A stretch of DNA of 25,873 nucleotides from a virus (taxonomy: Duplodnaviria > Heunggongvirae > Uroviricota > Caudoviricetes). This document shows positions 1-6,397 of the stretch, one piece after another (positions within the stretch are counted from its first letter, which is position 1; each line of letters opens with the position of its first letter). The position numbers were made by a program, and so were the translations under genes. The notes under the pieces were generated by a model. It was not told the DNA's origin and did no database searches. It worked only from the letters and a program-made list of their open reading frames with translations. The DNA is taken from positions 85,208 through 111,080 of IMG/VR virus record IMGVR_UViG_3300047323_000428; one strand, written 5' to 3'.

Positions 1-1219
1 CGACCTGCTCGCTCATGCGCTTGGACATGGCCGGATCGAACCCGCTGCCGACATGCAGCGGCTCGACCACATCGTGGTCTTTCGTGTAGATGAGGTAGTC
101 AGAGCCGTTGGCTGCGTCGATCGCCTCATTGGTGATGAGGTTGCTCATGGTTTCATCGAAACCATTGCGCGTCTCCTTGTCCAGCGCTTCAAGGAAGCCG
201 CCCGAGCTGCCGTCGGTCGAGTTGCCCTCGTCATCATCGTCGGATTCGTCCTCCTCTTCGGGCGCCGCGCCGACGGGCTCTTCGTCCTTGTCCTCGTCTT
301 CGTCTTTCTCCTCGTCGGAGTCTTCGTCCTTCTCTTCGTCGGACTCGTCCGAGTCGTCCTCGCTCTTACCGCCAGCGCCGCCCTCCTCGTCTTTCTCCTC
401 CTCCGACTCTTCATCGCCCGGCTTTCCGCCACCAGAACCCTCTTCGTCCTCCTCCTCGCTCTCTTCGCCGCTACCCGACGACGCGCCCTTGCCCTTCATC
501 GGCACACCGGCCTTTGCAGCACCGCCAGCAGGCTTCGGCTTCTTCCTGGGCGCTGCACCACCGCCGCCACCGGAGGCATCCGATCCGAGCGCCGTGAGCA
601 CTTCTTTGGCGACGTCGATCGCGTCGGCCGTCGAGGCGCAGTTCTCGATCTTCGAGGCGAGGTGTTCGATCTTGGAGACTTCATCGGCCACCGCGGCTTG
701 GAGGTCCGGGTGATTCGCCATGAACTCCTTGAAAATCTGCTGTCCAGCCATCGCGCGGATCGCCGGGACCATGACGGTTGCCTTCACCGCGTTCACGTCA
801 CCGCGCTTGGCCGCTTCCGCGACTTGCTTCTTGGTGTATTTCTCGAGGAAGAACTTGCCAACCGTCGTGATGTTGTGGCCGGAACCCGTGAAGCGCTGGG
901 CCATTGCCTTCTCGATGCGGGCATCTTCGATCAGGTTCACCATCGAATGCAGGCTCGGGTTCTTGATCGCGCCCATTGCCTTGAAGTCGGTGAAGAGGAT
1001 GTGTGCGACTTCGTGGTCGAGAAAGCCCTGGATCGCCTCGATCAGTTCGTTGCTGGCGTTATCAGGGATGAACGGCAGGTTCACGCGCGCCGGCTCACCG
1101 GTCGGGCCCGGCTCGACAAAAGCCTGGACGCCTTGCTGCGTGACACGCACGCCCTTACCGGCGAGCATCTGCGTGAGCTTGACGACCGCCTCACGCATCA
1201 CTGCAACACGTTCGTTCAT
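1..1219 (-). CDS. CobT-like protein (N-terminal HExxH domain, long acidic linker; VWA domain expected beyond window); 3' truncated by window edge
   Basis: Not in the ORF track (no stop in window). Hand translation from ATG 1219 (RBS GAGGGG): MNERVAVMREAVVKLTQMLAGKGVRVTQQG...GFLDHEVAHILFTDF...VNLIEDARIE..., then a Glu/Asp-rich tract. Open to position 2. The motifs match CobT-like N-termini. Confidence 0.75.
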   Translation of the reverse strand, partial: MNERVAVMREAVVKLTQMLAGKGVRVTQQGVQAFVEPGPTGEPARVNLPFIPDNASNELIEAIQGFLDHEVAHILFTDFKAMGAIKNPSLHSMVNLIEDARIEKAMAQRFTGSGHNITTVGKFFLEKYTKKQVAEAAKRGDVNAVKATVMVPAIRAMAGQQIFKEFMANHPDLQAAVADEVSKIEHLASKIENCASTADAIDVAKEVLTALGSDASGGGGGAAPRKKPKPAGGAAKAGVPMKGKGASSGSGEESEEEDEEGSGGGKPGDEESEEEKDEEGGAGGKSEDDSDESDEEKDEDSDEEKDEDEDKDEEPVGAAPEEEDESDDDDEGNSTDGSSGGFLEALDKETRNGFDETMSNLITNEAIDAANGSDYLIYTKDHDVVEPLHVGSGFDPAMSKRMSEQV

Positions 1220-1242
1220 TTGAAATACCCCTCTTGTTAGTG

Positions 1243-1256
1243 TGTCAAAATTGACT
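1243..1256. promoter_or_regulatory. Operator, AGTCA-N4-TGACT family (1 mismatch)
   Basis: TGTCAAAATTGACT, just downstream of the minus-strand promoter of the CobT-like gene. Confidence 0.75.
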
Positions 1257-1267
1257 GTATGAACGAC

Positions 1268-1296
1268 ATTCTATGTGCGCACTTCAGGGAGCGCAA
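1268..1296 (-). promoter_or_regulatory. Sigma70-like promoter for the leftward (CobT-like) operon
   Basis: Minus strand TTGCGC (1296-1291), 17 bp spacer, TAGAAT (1273-1268); flanked by two operators. Confidence 0.6.
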
Positions 1297-1297
1297 C

Positions 1298-1311
1298 AGT
1301 CAAAGTTGACT
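1298..1311. promoter_or_regulatory. Operator AGTCA-N4-TGACT
   Basis: AGTCAAAGTTGACT, extending to CAGTCAA-AG-TTGACTG; next to the -35 element. Confidence 0.85.
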
Positions 1312-1324
1312 GACCTAGCGGGCG

Positions 1325-1347
1325 AAAAGAAAGCGGCCGGAGCCGCT
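1325..1347 (-). terminator. Rho-independent terminator after the 74-aa gene
   Basis: AGCGGC-CGGA-GCCGCT stem-loop followed on the minus strand by TTCTTTT. Confidence 0.6.
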
Positions 1348-1355
1348 AGGAGTGA

Positions 1356-1369
1356 AGTCAATACTGACT
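1356..1369. promoter_or_regulatory. Operator AGTCA-N4-TGACT
   Basis: AGTCAATACTGACT immediately after the stop codon of the 1370..1594 gene. Confidence 0.8.
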
Positions 1370-1594
1370 TTAAATGAGACGGATCAGTGCGGCCGCGCCC
1401 GAGTCAGTGCTGATAAGCAGGAGTGCGCCGAGCGCCGGGTGCATCACCTTGTTGATGAGCGAGGAACCCAGGTCCAGCCGCCCCAGCAGGGCCGAGCTCT
1501 CCATGTATTCCGCGAACTCGTCGGGCTCGATCAGGGAGCCGATTTGGGTTGCGTTGATGACTGCGTTTTGCACTTGATTGTTACCCGTGTTCAT
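1370..1594 (-). CDS. Hypothetical phage protein, 74 aa
   Basis: ORF with RBS GGAGAG, its own upstream TATAAT plus operator, and a downstream terminator. Confidence 0.7.
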   Translation of the reverse strand: MNTGNNQVQNAVINATQIGSLIEPDEFAEYMESSALLGRLDLGSSLINKVMHPALGALLLISTDSGAAALIRLI

Positions 1595-1644
1595 TTGACT
1601 TCACTCTCCAAAAACTGACGTTCGATATGATTCGCTGCTGAAAC

Positions 1645-1663
1645 ATTATAGTCAACACTGACT
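1645..1663 (-). promoter_or_regulatory. Operator AGTCA-N4-TGACT (1650-1663) fused to a perfect -10 TATAAT (1650-1645)
   Basis: Minus strand caatAGTCAGTGTTGACTATAATg. Confidence 0.85.
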
Positions 1664-1752
1664 ATTGTTACTACATTTCGAGTGTTCGTTTTCGTCCACT
1701 CGGGATTGCGTTCGGTAAAAAAGTGCGCAAGAATCCGGCACATGGAGCGAAC

Positions 1753-1766
1753 AGTCACGGCTGACT
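1753..1766. promoter_or_regulatory. Operator AGTCA-N4-TGACT upstream of the repressor gene
   Basis: AGTCACGGCTGACT exact match. Confidence 0.8.
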
Positions 1767-1798
1767 TACGCTCATATGGGACGTCGCCCACCCAACAC

Positions 1799-1828
1799 AG
1801 TCAGTATTTATTACTATCTGACTATAAT
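1799..1828 (+). promoter_or_regulatory. Putative repressor-gene promoter: degenerate operator half-sites plus TATAAT (1823-1828)
   Basis: AGTCAGTATTTATTACTATCTGACTATAAT; same TGACTATAAT junction as other sites; no canonical -35. Confidence 0.6.
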
Positions 1829-1880
1829 CGATTCAACAAGATTCGCGGGACGTCCCGCTTCAAATACAGGGAGAGTTAGC

Positions 1881-2309
1881 ATGAACGCCAAGAAGAACGA
1901 CCAGCCTCAGAGCCTCACCGTTTCGGAATACTTCGACGCACAAGTGTCACTGCGCCAAATCACCCTTCAACAACTGAGCGTCAACATCGGCGGCGCGATC
2001 AAGCCAAACATGCTTTCGATGATCCGCCAGGGTCACTCAAAGCTGCCGCTCAAGCACGTTGCAAAGGTCGCTCGGGCGCTGGGCGTCGATCCGATGTTCC
2101 TGATGAAGCTGTGTCTGCAGGAATACCAGCCGGAGAACTGGCACGCGATTCAAGAAGTGATGGGCAATCAGCCACTTCTGACGCACAACGAGATTCAGAT
2201 GATCGAGGCGATCCGAAAGGCCAACCCGCACAACCCCAAACTGCGCACGCAAGCAGACGAGGAAAAGTTTGTCAGAGTCGTCGCCTCCTTGAGAGGTGAT
2301 AACGAGTGA
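1881..2309 (+). CDS. XRE/Cro-cI family HTH regulator, probable phage master repressor, 142 aa
   Basis: Start moved to ATG 1881 (RBS GGGAGAG). HTH-like segment ITLQQLSVNIGGAIKPNMLSMIRQGHSKLPLKHVAKVARALGVDP. Divergent from the lytic genes with operators in between. No S24 peptidase domain. Confidence 0.75.
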   Translation: MNAKKNDQPQSLTVSEYFDAQVSLRQITLQQLSVNIGGAIKPNMLSMIRQGHSKLPLKHVAKVARALGVDPMFLMKLCLQEYQPENWHAIQEVMGNQPLLTHNEIQMIEAIRKANPHNPKLRTQADEEKFVRVVASLRGDNE

Positions 2310-2357
2310 GTGAGCAGGTGCGGGCGAGTTCATAAACAAGTTCTAAGCAGTTCCACG

Positions 2358-2386
2358 AAGCGTCCCAATGGGGCGCTTTTTTATTT
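2358..2386 (+). terminator. Rho-independent terminator of the repressor gene
   Basis: AAGCGTCCC-AAT-GGGGCGCTT followed by TTTTATTT. Confidence 0.8.
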
Positions 2387-2406
2387 CCCAGAGCCGGGTG
2401 CTAACA

Positions 2407-2422
2407 CTGTTTATTTATACAG
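2407..2422. promoter_or_regulatory. LexA (SOS) box
   Basis: CTGT-TTATTTAT-ACAG matches CTGT-N8-ACAG with an AT-rich core; the palindrome extends to ACACTGT...ACAGTGT (2404-2425). Confidence 0.75.
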
Positions 2423-2442
2423 TGTCGAGCGATTGATAGGAT
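2414..2442 (+). promoter_or_regulatory. Putative LexA-repressed sigma70 promoter (extended -10)
   Basis: TTTATA (2414-2419, inside the SOS box), 17 bp spacer, TGa-TAGGAT (2434-2442). Confidence 0.5.
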
Positions 2443-2550
2443 TGTAGGACCGTTGGAGGCGTAAAACAACTGGTAGTTGGCGGAAATGTAAAAAAATGTA
2501 GGCGGCTGTTTCATAATCGTCACAGCAACTTTTACCTACGTATTGCCGCC

Positions 2551-3243
2551 CTACGCCTCCACACACGGGTCTGTCCTAGTAACGCCCACCATCCGAACCG
2601 GTTGACCGGCATCGTTCCGGTAAATTTGGAACACTATCGTCACTTTGGGACGAATAGCGTCCCTTTCTCTGAACACTACCTGATAGCGTTGGGTCGGTTC
2701 CAATAAGGCTCGATTGTAGAAATCGTCAACCACCGGTTTATTTTCTTCAGATAATAGGCTTCGGAAGCTATCATGCGAGGGCAGCAGGTCTGGTGGAGCT
2801 TCCAAGTGTTGTCGAGCTAGATCGCTCCAATAGCACTTGCCTGTGATGAGGTCTTCCTCAATCACTCCAGCCTCCAAGATTGCGAGCGCGGCACACAATC
2901 GGCTTTCGTTGGCTATGACCTGTTCAACCAACTCTTGGCGCATCTGCCCAAAGCGCCCCTCTCTTTCTAGTCTAAGTTGCTTCTCAATTGATTGGAGAGC
3001 CTCGTCCCCATAGCGTAGCCACACCCAATTCACTCCGAGGTGGTTAGCAACTTCTTGGAGGACGTCAAAGCCTATGTCTCCTCCCTTCAACCATTTGGCA
3101 ACAGCTTGAGGAGTGACAGAGATGGAGCGAGCTAGCGATGCCGCGGTCATTTGTTTGTAACTAAGGACTTGTCTTAGTCTGTCAGGAAACCCTGACCCTA
3201 TACCTTGGCTTTGCAAGTTAGCTTCCTCTTGGTCCAGAATCAT
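2551..3243 (-). CDS. XRE-HTH + PAS-domain transcriptional regulator, 230 aa, low GC
   Basis: N-terminal FPDRLRQVL...TAASLARSISVTPQAVAKWLKGG...VANHLGVNWVWLRYGD is an XRE HTH. C-terminal ESRLCAALAILEAGVIEEDLITGKCYWSD...YRNDAGQPVRMVGV follows the PAS_3/PAC pattern. Confidence 0.8.
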   Translation of the reverse strand: MILDQEEANLQSQGIGSGFPDRLRQVLSYKQMTAASLARSISVTPQAVAKWLKGGDIGFDVLQEVANHLGVNWVWLRYGDEALQSIEKQLRLEREGRFGQMRQELVEQVIANESRLCAALAILEAGVIEEDLITGKCYWSDLARQHLEAPPDLLPSHDSFRSLLSEENKPVVDDFYNRALLEPTQRYQVVFRERDAIRPKVTIVFQIYRNDAGQPVRMVGVTRTDPCVEA

Positions 3244-3473
3244 CTTTAGTTTTTGAACAGGCGCGGCCCCGCTCTCTCATTGTTTTATTGGAGTTTGACC
3301 GCGAATTATATTTGAGAACTGATACTGGAAAGATAGGATCGAGACAATGTTGCCCGATTGGGACATTGCTTGCGGCGTCTGCTTTGTTGTCCAATTCTTG
3401 TCTTCTCGCAACGCTCATAGCTATTTCCGTTCCACGCTAGTTTCCCGCGCAGGTAGCACGCCCTGTAGCTTGG

Positions 3474-3491
3474 TTGGTATCAAGATACCAA
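3474..3491. promoter_or_regulatory. Perfect palindrome upstream of parA (operator or centromere candidate)
   Basis: TTGGTATC-AA-GATACCAA, with a further ATACC copy 3 bp after the first. Confidence 0.4.
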
Positions 3492-3525
3492 AATACCTAG
3501 CAGAGAAGCAGAGTTGAGAAGTGCC

Positions 3526-3554
3526 TTGAGGAATCGGCTGCTTTCGACTACGCT
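3526..3554 (+). promoter_or_regulatory. Putative parA promoter
   Basis: TTGAGG, 17 bp spacer, TACGCT. Confidence 0.4.
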
Positions 3555-3586
3555 ACGCGGCAATCACAGTAGCCAGCGAGGCAGCA

Positions 3587-4258
3587 ATGTCCGTAATCAA
3601 GGACGTATTTATGGTGGGAACAGAGAAGGGAGGTGTCGGCAAATCTACCTTCACTCAGAACTTGGCTGTTATACGCGCATCTCTCGACCGACGTGTGGCG
3701 GTATTTGATCTGGACGGGCAGGGCACGACCACGAAGTGGGCGTTGCGGCGCGCGGAGCATCCCGAACTGACCCAGATTTACGTCGAACGGTGGCCGCGTG
3801 AGAAGCGCCTCACCGAGGAAGAGTTTGCAGACGTGCTCGGTCGCCTCGTCGACCAATACGATGACGTCTTTATCGATGTGGGCGGCAAGGACTCTGATGG
3901 ATTCCGTTACGGGCTGGCGGTCGCTGAGAAAGTCGTCGCGCCGCTTATTCCGTCGCCGGCAGACCTGGACACGGTGCCCGATCTTCACGAATTGCTCGGC
4001 ACCTACACCAAGAAGATCGATGTGCGCGTTGTGCTTAATCAGGCTGACAAGCGCAAGCGCATGACCAAGGCAATGCTGAAACAAATGGAAGCATTCAAGG
4101 ACCGGTTGCCTCTCATGAAGCATCTCGTCGCCTCGCGCGAGAGCTATAAATTCGCCCTCGCTCAAGGCAAAGGCGTGACGGAATTGACCGGCGAGTGGTG
4201 GGATGCGGCCGCCGCCAACGAGATGAAAGATACCTATCTGGGAGCATTCGGAGCATGA
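3587..4258 (+). CDS. parA: ParA-family partition ATPase (short, type Ib-like)
   Basis: Deviant Walker A EKGGVGKST, DLDGQG, VFIDVGG; 223 aa with no N-terminal HTH. Confidence 0.92.
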   Translation: MSVIKDVFMVGTEKGGVGKSTFTQNLAVIRASLDRRVAVFDLDGQGTTTKWALRRAEHPELTQIYVERWPREKRLTEEEFADVLGRLVDQYDDVFIDVGGKDSDGFRYGLAVAEKVVAPLIPSPADLDTVPDLHELLGTYTKKIDVRVVLNQADKRKRMTKAMLKQMEAFKDRLPLMKHLVASRESYKFALAQGKGVTELTGEWWDAAAANEMKDTYLGAFGA

Positions 4259-4623
4259 GTAAAGACGACGTGATGAGCGCCCCAAAGGGTCGCAGTGCCA
4301 TTCTTGGCGCGCTGAAGAGTGAAGTGGCGGCGGTAACGACGGCGCCGCCCGCTGAGACTGTGCGACCGAGTGCCCCACCTGAGCCTCAAGCACCGACTGC
4401 GGAAGAGGGTAGGGCGCCAGCAGGCAAGCTCGACCTCTCGGCCCTGCGTGCGATGCGCCCGAAAAAGGAGGCGCCTGTCCAGCAACCTGTGCGTATTCCG
4501 CCGGCGCTTAAAGAGGATCTTAACTTGATCTGTTTTGCCACCGGGCAAACGAAGAACGACTTCATTGCCGAGGCACTGCGTGTTGCGGTGGCGCGTGAGA
4601 AGAAGCGGCTCGGGATGGATTGA
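4255..4623 (+). CDS. ParG-like ribbon-helix-helix partition protein
   Basis: ATGA overlap with the parA stop; disordered Pro/Ala-rich N-terminus; C-terminal QQPVRIPPALKEDLNLICFATGQTKNDFIAEALRVAV fits an RHH pattern. Confidence 0.75.
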   Translation: MSKDDVMSAPKGRSAILGALKSEVAAVTTAPPAETVRPSAPPEPQAPTAEEGRAPAGKLDLSALRAMRPKKEAPVQQPVRIPPALKEDLNLICFATGQTKNDFIAEALRVAVAREKKRLGMD

Positions 4624-4644
4624 CCGCCTCCTTGCAGACGCTTT

Positions 4645-4894
4645 TCGGGTTTTGAGGAACGCCCCAATCGGGTTTTGGGGAACGGTCCAACCTAGTTAAA
4701 AAGAAGTTAAAGGAAGTTAACAGAAAGAGGGTCGGGTCTGAAAGCCTTGTGTGGCAACGCCTTGAGCAAAGTAGGGCGTTTCTCAAAACCCGATACTTTG
4801 TTCCTCAAAGCCCGATACTGGCGTATCTCAAAACCCGAAAGCGTTCCTCAAAACCCGATAACAAAAGTTCCTCATAACCCGATAGTTGTCCACA
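4645..4894. repeat. Iteron plasmid origin (oriV): 7 iterons, AT-rich core, DnaA-like box
   Basis: Consensus GTTCCTCAAAACCCGATA. Direct copies at 4778, 4800, 4823, 4843 and 4867 (mean spacing about 22 bp); inverted copies at 4645-4660 and 4667-4683. AT-rich AGTTAA x3 tract at about 4692-4725. TTGTCCACA at 4886-4894. Confidence 0.9.
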
Positions 4895-4929
4895 TCTCAA
4901 ATCGGTGGGTGCGTGCTAACCTCGCCGGC

Positions 4930-5751
4930 ATGAAAACCAACACCGCTCTCGACATTCTGAATCGCCGTGCGGCTGCCCAGCAAAAGGCCGCTCCGGTTCA
5001 GACGCAGCTTGAACTGTGGTCGGAGAAGGTGCGTGGCATTCCAAACTCGTTCGCTCGGTGCGCACTCTTCACGGCGGCCGGCAAGAAAGAGCCTCGCTCC
5101 ACTTTCAACCAGGACGTCATCTTCTCGGTGCAGGGGTTCGAGCTGACCTACACCGGTGAGGAGCTACGCCAGGACGATCAGGACGTGTTCCTTCAGCTCG
5201 TCCACATGACGCGTGGCATTCCCCTCGGCCACAAGCTCGAAGTGACCGGATACGAGATTCTCAAGGCGCTCGGGTGGGGGCGGGGAGGGCGCGACTACGA
5301 GCGCCTGCGCGACAGCATCGAGCGGCTGTCGGACACGAAGATCGTCCTGCAGAGCAGCAACGTTCGATTCAAAGGCGGATTGCTGCCATCGATGACGCGT
5401 GTGGGCGACTCTGTCGCGAGCCGATTCCGTCTTTGGCTCGATCCCGACGTGATCGCACTTTTCGGCGAGAACGAATACTCGCTGGTCGATTGGAAGGACC
5501 GACTCACTCTCGGCTCCCTTGCCAAATGGCTGCACAGCTTCTACTTCACGCATAAGGAGCCGCTTGCCTATACCGTCGAGAAGATCCACAAGCTCTGCGG
5601 TAGCAAGGCGAAGAACCTGCGATTGTTCAAAGCCAAGCTCAAGCTCGCGCTCGAGGAATTGGTGCAGATCGGCTTTCTCGAAACCTATCAGATCATGGGC
5701 AGTCTGGTCTCAGTGCGCCGGCGATTCCCGCAGCCGCAACTAGGCAACTAA
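4930..5751 (+). CDS. trfA: TrfA-family plasmid replication initiator
   Basis: RGIPNSFARCALF, YTGEELRQDDQDVFLQLVH and LAKWLHSFYFTH match TrfA-family motifs. Start set at ATG 4930 because the longer ORF runs through the iterons. Confidence 0.85.
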   Translation: MKTNTALDILNRRAAAQQKAAPVQTQLELWSEKVRGIPNSFARCALFTAAGKKEPRSTFNQDVIFSVQGFELTYTGEELRQDDQDVFLQLVHMTRGIPLGHKLEVTGYEILKALGWGRGGRDYERLRDSIERLSDTKIVLQSSNVRFKGGLLPSMTRVGDSVASRFRLWLDPDVIALFGENEYSLVDWKDRLTLGSLAKWLHSFYFTHKEPLAYTVEKIHKLCGSKAKNLRLFKAKLKLALEELVQIGFLETYQIMGSLVSVRRRFPQPQLGN

Positions 5752-5773
5752 CTGTCCGACGCCATGCGTCCCT

Positions 5774-5796
5774 TTATCCACAGAATCGGTGCATAA
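5774..5796. promoter_or_regulatory. DnaA boxes downstream of rep
   Basis: Perfect TTATCCACA (5774-5782) and an inverted 1-mismatch TTATGCACC (5796-5788). Confidence 0.55.
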
Positions 5797-5816
5797 CCCT
5801 GTTGAGAACCGGTCAC

Positions 5817-6050
5817 ATGCCCAAGCAGCCATCAGCAAAAGTCGAGCATCGTGAATGGACGATCAAGTCTTTCCCCGAGTGCCGCAATTTCCTCTGGCAT
5901 TCGCAGATCGAGGTCGAGCGCGGCCCGTGGGAAGATGAAGACGACGGCCAGATTTTCGCATTCAGTGATATCGGCTACTTCGACACTGAGGCCGCGGCGA
6001 ACGATCGCGGCATTGCCTGGGCGAAGGCCTGGCTCGACGAGAACTTCTGA
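5817..6050 (+). CDS. Small acidic hypothetical protein, 77 aa
   Basis: Protein-like ORF with a beta-beta-beta-alpha pattern, ending FDTEAAANDRGIAWAKAWLDENF; start (5817 vs 5802) uncertain. Confidence 0.7.
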   Translation: MPKQPSAKVEHREWTIKSFPECRNFLWHSQIEVERGPWEDEDDGQIFAFSDIGYFDTEAAANDRGIAWAKAWLDENF

Positions 6051-6059
6051 GGATCGACG

Positions 6060-6308
6060 ATGAAAAGGCCCGGCGCCGTCGCTCTCAGTGAAGTCGCAGC
6101 ACGGACAAGCCACATCGAGATTGCCTGCACCCGGTGCGAGCGGCGCGGCCGCTATCAGTTGGCGAAGCTGGTTGCTCGGCTCGGTGAGGACTTCGCCATG
6201 ACCGACCTCGGCAGCGAACTCGCGGACTGTCCACGGCGCGCGTCGCCCGCTTGGAGCGAGCGATGCGACGTGTATTTCCCCGGCCTAGCCAAGATCATGA
6301 GCGAGTGA
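6060..6308 (+). CDS. Small putative Zn-binding protein, 82 aa
   Basis: RBS GAGGA; CxxC (ACTRCER) plus two later cysteines (DCP, RCD). Confidence 0.75.
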   Translation: MKRPGAVALSEVAARTSHIEIACTRCERRGRYQLAKLVARLGEDFAMTDLGSELADCPRRASPAWSERCDVYFPGLAKIMSE

Positions 6309-6311
6309 GGC

Positions 6312-6341
6312 CTTGGCTGCTAATTGTTATTAGCAGCCAAG
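6312..6341. repeat. Perfect 13-bp inverted repeat
   Basis: CTTGGCTGCTAAT-TGTT-ATTAGCAGCCAAG, lying between convergent transcription units. Confidence 0.8.
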
Positions 6342-6397
6342 CGTTTAATGGCCTCTAAACGGCTTTGCCGCTCTGCGATGCGGGTTCTGGGCCCAAA

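Noticed and set aside
53-1240. Long plus-strand ORFs (395, 201 and 167 aa)
   Set aside because: Antisense shadows of the acidic low-complexity CobT-like gene on the minus strand, which has an RBS and recognisable motifs.
1591-1791. 66-aa minus ORF as a possible Cro
   Set aside because: It runs through two operators and a promoter, has no HTH pattern and no clear RBS.
2037-2339. 100-aa minus ORF near the SOS box as an antirepressor
   Set aside because: Antisense to the repressor CDS, no RBS, and the best promoter at the box points the other way.
2470-2706. CTG-initiated open frame after the GGAGG at 2455
   Set aside because: Rare start codon, not protein-like, and mostly antisense to the HTH-PAS gene.
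4645-4884. Repeat array as a CRISPR
   Set aside because: The 18-bp units have only 2-6 bp spacers, lie next to a Rep gene and have no cas genes: these are iterons.
4747-4929. N-terminal extension of the Rep ORF
   Set aside because: It is a translation of the iteron array; TrfA similarity starts later.
6312-6341. Palindrome as a protelomerase (telRL) site of a linear phage-plasmid
   Set aside because: Much shorter than known tel palindromes and no protelomerase gene in the window; cannot be fully excluded without the rest of the genome.
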